Positions 1 to 9,000 of a DNA stretch of 10,646 nt are shown one piece after another; the first letter of the stretch is position 1; each line of letters opens with the position of its first letter. The DNA comes from a virus. Taxonomy: Duplodnaviria > Heunggongvirae > Uroviricota > Caudoviricetes. The notes below the pieces were generated by a model. That model was not told where the DNA came from and made no database searches. It saw only the letters and a program-made list of their open reading frames with translations. A program made the position numbers and the translations under genes. Location of the stretch: the IMG/VR virus record IMGVR_UViG_3300029459_000089. One strand, given 5' to 3'.

Positions 1-3000
1 CGTACACGGTCAGCGCCTCGGTAAGCGACAAAGCGGGTAACCCGGCGACCGCCACTCACGGCCTGGCGGTGGATCTCACCGTGCCAGTTTTAACCATTAA
101 CACCGTCTCCGGCGATGACATCATTAATGCCGCCGAACACGGGCAGGCGCTGGTGATCTCCGGTTCCAGCACTGGCGGGGAAGCGGGCGATGTCATCACC
201 ATCACGTTAAACAGTAAAACCTACACTACCACGCTGGACGCCTCCGGCAACTGGAGCGTCGGCGTTCCGGCAGCAGACGTCACTGCGCTGGGCAGCGGCC
301 CGCAAACCATCACTGCGGCAATTACCGATGCGGCAGGCAACAGCGATGATGCCAGCCGCACGCTCACCGTGAATCTCACCTCGCCAACCATTGGTATCAA
401 CACTATCGCCAGCGATGACGTGATTAACGCCACAGAAAAAGGCGCGGATCTGCAAATTACTGGCACCAGTAATCAGCCCGCAGGCACCACCATTACAGTG
501 ACGCTGAACGGACAAAATTACACCGCTACCACCGATAGCAGTGGCAACTGGAGCGCCACGGTGCCAGCCTCGGCAGCTAGCGCGTTGGGTGAAGCCAACT
601 ACACGGTAACGGCGAGCGTTACCGACACGGCAGGCAACAGTAATTCCGCCAGCCATAATGTGCTGGTCAACAGCGCCTTACCTGGCGTTACCATTAACGC
701 AGTGGCAACCGATGACATTATTAATGCCGCCGAAGCGGGCAGTGCGCAAACCATCAGCGGGCAGGTGACGGGCGCGGCGGCGGGCGATACGGTCACCGTC
801 ACGCTGGGCGGCAACACCTACATCGCTACGGTGCAGGCTAATTTAAGCTGGAGTGTCAGCGTTCCGGCGGCGGATATTCAGGCGCTGGGTAACGGCGACC
901 TGACAGTTAACGCCTCGGTCACCAATGGCGTTGGCAACACGGGCAGCGGCTCGCGGGATATCACTATCGATGCCAATCTGCCTGGTTTGCGGGTCGATAC
1001 CGTAGCGGGCGATGATGTTATTAACAGCATTGAGCACAATCAGGCGCTGGTGATAACAGGTAGCAGCACCGGGCTGACGGCAGGAACGGCATTAACGGTC
1101 GTGATTAACAACGTCACTTACGCTGCCACGGTGTTAGCTGACGGTACATGGAACCTCGGCGTTCCGGCGGCAGACGTCAGCAACTGGCCTGCGGGTACGG
1201 CGGATATCACGGTAAGCGGTACTAACAGCGCTGGAACAACCTCCACCATTACCCATCCGGTTACCGTCGATCTGGCGGCGGTCGCCATAACCATTAACAC
1301 TCTCTCCGGCGATGATGTGATCAATGCCGTCGAAAAAGGCGAAACGCTGGTGGTGAGCGGCAGTACCAGCGGTGTAGAAGCCGGGCAGAGGTGACCGTCA
1401 CCTTTGGCGGCAAAAATTACACCACCACCGTGGAAGCCAACGGTAGCTGGACGGTGAATGTGCCGCCTGCCGATCTCGCTGCGTTGCCGGACGGCGCGGG
1501 CAACGTGCAGGCGAGTGTCAGCAACATTAACGGCAACAGCGCCCAGGCCGATCGCGCGTACAGCGTCGATGCCACCGCGCCGCTTGTGACCATCAACACC
1601 ATCGCCAGCGACGATATTCTCAACGTGAGTGAAGCGGGCGCGGGGATAACCATCAGCGGCACCACCACGGCGCAGGCCGGGCAGACGCTGACTGTCACGC
1701 TCAATAACAACACGTACCAGACCACCGTTCAGGCGGATGGCACCTGGAGCGTGAACGTTCCGGCGACAGATTTAAGCGGATTAACCGCCAGCAGTTATAC
1801 CGTGACCGCCACGGTGAGCGACAAAGCGGGTAATCCGGCAAGCGTCGATCATGCACTGGCGGTGGACGTTACCGCGCCGGATCTCACCATTAACACCGTC
1901 GCGGGAGATGACATTATCAACGCCATCGAACACGGGCAGGCGCTGGTGGTGAGCGGAACCAGTACGGGCGCGGCGGCAGGCGATGTGGTGACCGTCACGC
2001 TGAACGGTAAAAACTACACCACAACGCTGGACGCCTCCGGTAACTGGAGTGTGGGTATTCCGGCGGCGGATGTCACGGCACTGGCAATCGGTAGCCAGAC
2101 CATCACCGCCAGCCTGAGCGATCGCGCGGGCAACAGCGACAGCACGACTCACGATGTGACCGTTGATCTCAGTGGCCCGACGCTGACCATTAACACTGTC
2201 TCCGGCGATGACATTATTAATAATGCGGAGAAAACCCAGGATCTGATCATCAGCGGCGGATCCAGCGGTCTGGCGGCAGGCACCACGGTCACTGTGATGT
2301 TGAACGGCCTGGCGTACAGCGCCACCACCGACGGCTCCGGCAACTGGAGCGTTACCGTGCCGGCTTCGGCGGTCGGCGCACTGGGCGAGGCGGTTTATTC
2401 GATTAGCGCCAGCGCCACCGACAGCGCGGGTAACAGCGGTAGTACTACCCATACGGTGAATGTCGAATCGCTCCTGCCAGGGGTAATCATTAATACTGTG
2501 GCGGGTGATGACATTATCAACGCCGCTGAAATCGCCGTTAACCAGACCCTCAGCGGTCAGGTGACGGGGACGGCAGCAGCAGGAGATTCGGTCACTGTCA
2601 CGCTCGGCGGTAATCAATACATTGCCACCGTGCAGCCAGATTTAAGCTGGAGCGTCAGCGTGCCTGCGGTAGATTTGCAGGCGCTGGGTAACGGTGAACT
2701 GACCATCAGCGCCTCGGTGACCAATTCCGCAAATAATACCGGCACCGCGACGCACGATATCGTGATAGATGCTAACTTGCCAGGTCTGCGGGTTGATACC
2801 GTGGCAGGCGATGATGTGATTAACAGCATTGAGCACACTCAGGCACTGGTGGTCACCGGTAGCAGTAGCGGACTGGCGGCGGGCGCGGCGTTGACGGTGG
2901 TTATCAATAGCGTCACCTACGGCGCAACGGTACTCGCCGATGGCACCTGGAGCGTCGGCGTTCCGGCGANNNNNNNNNNNNNNNNNNNNNNNNNNNNNNN

Positions 3001-6000
3001 NNNNNNNNNNNNNNNNCAATATTGCCGTCTCTGGCACCAATACCGCAGGAACCACAACCAGCATTACTCATCCGGTCACCGTCGATCTTGCGGCCGTGGC
3101 GATTACCATCAACACCCTTTCCACTGACGATGTGATAAACGCCGCCGAGAAAGGCACTGATTTGCAGCTTTCCGGCACCACCTCCGGCGTGGAAGCGGGG
3201 CAGACTATTACCGTTATTTTCGGTGGCAAAAGCTACACCACCACGGTTGCCGCGGATAATACCTGGGGGCTGACGATCCCAGCAGCCGATCTCGCAACCT
3301 TGCCGGATGGCGCAGCAAACATCCAGGCCAGCGTCAGCAACGTCGCGGGTAACAACGCCCAGGCAACGCATGTTTATAGCGTCGATGCCACCGCGCCCTC
3401 CGTTACTATCAACACCATCGCCAGCGACGATATTCTTAATGCCGCCGAAGCGGGATCGGCGCTGACCATCAGCGGCACCAGCACCGCAGAAGCCGGGCAG
3501 ACAGTGACCGTGACGCTAAACGGCATCAATTACAGCGGCAACGTGCAGGCAGACGGGAGCTGGAGCGTCAGCGTACCAACTGGCGATTTAGCCGACCTTA
3601 CCGCCAGCTCCTATACGGTGAGCGCGGCGGTCAGCGACAAAGCGGGCAACCCGACCTCGGTAACGCATAATCTGGCGGTGGACCTTGCCGCTCCAGTCGT
3701 CACCATTAACACGGTAGCGGGCGATGACGTGATTAACGCCACGGAACATGCCCAGGCGCAGATTATCAGCGGCTCGGCAACGGGCGCGACGACGGGTAAC
3801 ACGGTTTCCGTGACGATTGGCACGACCACCTACACCACCGTGCTGGACGCCAACGGCAACTGGAGCATCGGTGTGCCTGCCAGCGTGATTTCCGCACTGG
3901 AGCAGGGTGATGTAACCATTACCGCCACGGTTACCGACTCCGCAGGCAACAGCGGCACGGCCTCGCACACTGTCAGCGTGGCGCTCGGTGCACCGATACT
4001 CGCCATTAACACCATCGCCGTCGATGACATCATCAACGCCACGGAGAAAGGCGCGGATCTGTCGATTTCCGGCACCAGCAACCAGCCTGCGGGCACGCAG
4101 GTAACTGTTACGCTCAACGGGCAAAATTACACCACCACTGCCGATGCTTCCGGGAACTGGAGCGTGACTGTTCCGGCGTCTGCGGTTGGTACGCTCGGTG
4201 AAGCGACTTATACGGTGACTGCCGCCGCAACCGATGTTGATGGCAATAGCGGTTCCGCCAGCCATAACGTGCAGGTTAATACCGCGCTACCGGGCGTCAC
4301 CATTAACGTTGTGGCAACGGACGATATTATTAACGCCGCCGAAGCGGGGGCAACTCAAACTATCAGCGGGCAGGTCACGAGGGCCGTGGCGGGCGATACG
4401 GTGACCGTGACGCTCGGTGGGGCGACTTACACCGCTACGGTACAGGCAGACTTAAGCTGGAGTGTCGATGTTCCGGCTTCGGCGTTACAGGCGTTGGGCA
4501 ACGGAGAGCTGACCATTTCGGCTTCGGTAACGAACAGCGTTGGCAATACCGGTAACGGCACGCGCGAAATCACCATAGACGCGAATCTCCCCGGTCTGCG
4601 GGTCGATACCGTAGCGGGCGATGACGTGGTCAACATTATCGAGCATGGGCAGGCGCTGGTGATTACCGGCAGCAGCTCTGGGCTGGCGGTGGGTAGCAAT
4701 GTCACGCTGACCATTAACGGGCAAACCTATGTTGCGGCAGTNNNNNNNNNNGGCGGATGGCACCTGGAGCGTCGGCGTTCCGGCGGTGGATGTCAGCGCC
4801 TGGCCTGCGGGGGCGGTGACGATTACGGCGAGCGGCAGCACTACCGCCGGAAACTCGGTCAGCGTTACGCATCCAGTGACTGTCGATCTCTCGGCGGTGG
4901 CGGTCAGGATCAACGCCATTACCGCCGATGATGTGATTAACGCCGCTGAAAAAGGCGCGGCATTAACGCTCTCCGGCAGCACCTCTGGCGTGGAGGCCGG
5001 GCAAACGGTCACCGTGACCTTTGGCGGTAAAACCTATACTGCAAGAGTCGCGGCGAATGGTTCCTGGAGCACCACGGTTCCGGCGGCGGATATGGCAGCC
5101 CTGCGTGATGGTGATGCCAGCGCGCAGGCCAGCGTCAGCAACGTTAACGGCAACAGTGCCACCACTACCCACGCTTACAGCGTCGATGCCACCGCGCCAA
5201 CGGTGACCATTAACACCATTGCGGGCGACGATATTCTTAACGCCGCCGAAGCGGGTGCGGCGCTGACCATCACCGGCAGCAGCACGGCGGAAGCCGGGCA
5301 GACGGTGACCGTCACGCTCAATGGCGCAAACTATACTGGCACGGTACAAACGGACGGCAGCTGGAGTATCAGCGTGCCGTCAGCCGACTTAAGCGCCCTG
5401 ACCGCCAGCAACTACACCGTTAGCGCGGCGGTGAGCGACAAAGCCGGAAACCCGGCCTCCGCTAACCATAACCTGACGGTGGATACATCCGTTCCGGTCG
5501 TCACCATCAACACGGTGGCGGGCGATGATGTGATCAACGCGACGGAACACGCCCAGGCGCAGATCATCAGCGGCTCCGCCACGGGTGCGGCAACCGGTAG
5601 CACCGTGACGGTGACTATCGGCACAAACACCTTTACCACCGTGCTGGATGCCAGCGGCAACTGGAGCGTCGGCGTTCCGGCAAGCGTCGTCTCGGCGCTG
5701 GCGAACGGCACGGTGACCATTAACGCCAGCGTCACCGACGCCGCCGGAAACAGCGGCAACGCCACGCATCAGGTGACGGTCAATACGGGTCTGCCGTCAA
5801 TTACCTTTAACGCCATCAGCGGCGATAACGTCCTGAATGCCGATGAAAAAGGCCAGCCGTTGACCATCAGCGGTAGCAGTACGGGGCTGGCGACGGGCGC
5901 ACAGGTTACCGTCACGCTCAACGGTCATAACTACAGCGCCACCACCGACGCGGCGGGCAACTGGACCTTAACCGTTCCGGTCAGCGATCTGGCGGCTCTA

Positions 6001-9000
6001 GGTCAGGCCAACTATACCGTCAGCGCCAGTGCCACCAGTGCGGCAGGCAACACCGCCAGCAGCCAGGCGAATTTACTGGTCGACAGCGGCCTGCCGGGCG
6101 TCACCATCAATACTGTGGCGGACGACGATATTATCAACGCCGCCGAAGCCGGGGCCGATCAAACCATCAGCGGAGTGGTCACTCGTGCCGCCGCAGGCGA
6201 TACGGTTACCGTGACGCTGGGTGGCAATACTTATACTGCACAAGTTCAGGCCGATTTAAGCTGGAGCGTCAGCGTTCCGGCAGCCGATCTCCAGGCGTTG
6301 GGCAATGGCGATTTGACCATTAACGCCTCGGTTACCAACGCGAATGGCAATACGGGTAGCGGCACGCGAGATATCACCATTGACGCCAACCTGCCAGGTC
6401 TGCGCGTGGATACCGTGGCGGGTGATGATATCGTCAACAGCATCGAACACGGGCAGGCGCTGGTGATCACCGGCGGCAGTAGCGGCCTGAATGCAGGCGC
6501 AGCGCTGACGGTCACCATCAACGGTGTGGCCTATGCCGCCACGGTACAGGCTGACGGTAGCTGGAGCGTTGGCATTCCGGCGGCGAACGTTAGCGCATGG
6601 CCAGCGGGGCCGTTGGCCGTTGACGTGGCAGGACAGAGCAGCGCCGGAAATCCGGTCAGCGTCAGCCATCCGTTCACCGTCGATTTAACGGCGGTGGCGA
6701 TCAGCATCAACACCGTTGCCAGCGACGACGTGATTAACGCCGCCGAGAAAGGCACCAATCTGACCCTTTCCGGCAGTACCAGCGGGATTGAAAGCGGGCA
6801 AACCGTCACCGTCACTTTTGGCGGCAAAACCTACACCGCAAGCATCGCCGCCAACGGAAGCTGGAGCGTGAATGTTCCGGCGGCAGATCTGGCATCTCTG
6901 CCAGACGGCGCGGCGAATGTACAGGCCAGCGTTAGCAGCGCGAGCGGCAACAGCGCCTCGGCGACCCATGCGTATAGCGTTGACGCCAGCGCACCGACGC
7001 TCACCATAAACACCATCGCCAGCGACGATATCCTTAACGCCACAGAGGCCGGAAGCCCGCTCACCATCAGCGGTACCAGCACCGCCGAAACCGGGCAGAC
7101 GGTCACCGTCACTCTTAACGGTGCAACCTACAGCGGCACTGTACAGGCGGATGGTAGCTGGAGCGTCAGCGTTCCCACTTCAGCCTTAGGCGCGCTAACC
7201 GCAAGCAATTACACCGTCAGCGCCACGGTCAACGACAAAGCAGGCAACCCCGGCAGCGCCAGCCATAATCTGGCGATAGACACCACCGCGCCGGTTCTTA
7301 CCATTAACACCGTCGCAGGCGATGACATCATCAACGACGCCGAACACGCCCAGGCGCTGGTGATTTCCGGCACCAGTACCGGCGGGGAAGCGGGCGATGT
7401 GGTGAGCGTTGTGCTCAACGGCAAAACGTATACCACGACGCTGGATGCCTCCGGCAACTGGAGCGTTGGCGTACCGGCGGCGGATGTTACGGCACTGGGT
7501 AGCGGCGCACAGACCATCACCGCCAGCGTCAGCGATCGGGCGGGTAACAGCGACGACGCCAGCCGCACCGTGACCGTCAGCCTCAGCGCGCCAGTGATTA
7601 GCATCAACACCATCGCGGGCGATGATGTGATCAACGCGATGGAAAAAGGATCAAATCTGGCGCTTTCCGGCACCAGCGATCAGCCTGCGGGTACGGCGAT
7701 CACCGTGACGCTGAATGGACAAAACTACAGCGCCACCACCGATGCCTCCGGCAACTGGAGCGTTACCGTGCCTGCCTCGGCAGTCAGTGCGCTGGGCGAA
7801 GCGACATATAGCGTCACGGCGAGCGTCACCAACGCCCAGGGCAACAGCAGTACTGCCAGCCATAATGTGCAGGTCATTACCGCGCTGCCGGGCGTCACCA
7901 TTAATCCGGTGGCGACGGACGATATTATCAATGCTTCAGAGGCGGGCAGCGCGCAAACTATCAGCGGCCAGGTAACCGGGGCGGTGGCTGGCAGCACCGT
8001 CACCGTTGAACTGGGTGGTAAAACTTACACCGCCACCGTCCAGGCTGATTTAAGCTGGAATGTAAGCGTACCAGCCGCTGACTGGCAGGCGTTAGGTAAC
8101 GGTGAATTAACGGTTAATGCCTCGGTGACCAACGCCGTTGGCAACACCGGCAGCGGCATGCGTGATATCACCATCGATGCCAGTCTGCCCGGTCTGCGGG
8201 TGGATACCGTCGCGGGCGATGATGTGGTCAATATCATCGAACACGCTCAGGCGCAGGTGATTACCGGGAGCAGCTCTGGCTTTACGGCAGGCACGGCGCT
8301 GACCGTGGTGATAAATAACCAAACTTATGCCGCCACGGTGTTGGCGAACGGCAGCTGGAGCGTCGGCGTTCCGGCGGCGGATGTCAGTAACTGGCCTGCG
8401 GGAACGCTGAATATTACCGTTAGCGGCGCGAACAGTGCCGGAACGCAAACCAGCATTACCCATCCGCTGACCGTTGATCTCACTACCGTTGCCATCAGCA
8501 TTAACGCTATTACCCCTGATGATGTGATTAACGCCGCCGAAAAAGGCGCGGCGCTAACGCTTTCCGGCAGCACGTCCGGCGTCGAAGCGGGGCAAACCGT
8601 TACTATTACCTTTGGCGGCAAAACCTACACCACCACGGTGGCGGCAAACGGTAGCTGGAGCACCACCGTTCCGACTGCGGATTTGGCGGCTTTGCGTGAC
8701 GGCGATGCCAGCGCCCAGGTGCGGGTGACTAACGTCAACGGCAACAGCGCCACGACAACGCATGAATACAGCGTCGATAGCGCCGCGCCAACGGTGACCA
8801 TCAACACCATTGCCAGCGATAACATCATCAACGCCAGCGAAGCGGCGGCGGGCGTCACGGTGTCCGGCACCAGCACCGCGGAAACCGGGCAGACGCTGAC
8901 CGTCACGCTTAATGGCACTAACTACCAGACCACGGTGCAGGCAGACGGCAGCTGGAGCTTAACGCTGCCTGCCAGTGACCTAACCGCACTTGCCAATAAC

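Noticed and set aside
1391-1393. GTG at 1391 as a translational restart or a second gene beginning here
   Set aside because: The sequence on both sides is one interrupted module, with AAVAITINTL...SGVEAGQ before and VTVTFGGKNYTTT after. The apparent start is an ORF-caller artefact of the 1-nt frameshift.
1386-1394. Programmed frameshifting or slipped-strand phase variation at the frameshift site
   Set aside because: There is no homopolymeric or short tandem tract and no recognisable slippery heptamer at the site (…gggcagaggtgacc…). A simple sequencing error or one-off mutation is more parsimonious, though it is kept as a finding because it cannot be settled from sequence alone.
2940-3127. 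ORF-track extensions across the first N run (MAPGASAFRR... at 2940 and the QYCRLWHQYRR... tail to 3127)
   Set aside because: Both are out-of-frame readings created by the N placeholder. The module-consistent frame is 1391..2968 before the gap and 3018 onward after it.
4752-4931. C-terminal tail of ORF 2940..4931 (GGWHLERRRSGGGCQRLACGGGDDYGERQ...) and its stop at 4931
   Set aside because: This is an off-frame reading after the 10-N run. The correct frame from 4753 (ADGTWSVGVPAVDVSAWPAG...) is module-like and has no stop to the window end.
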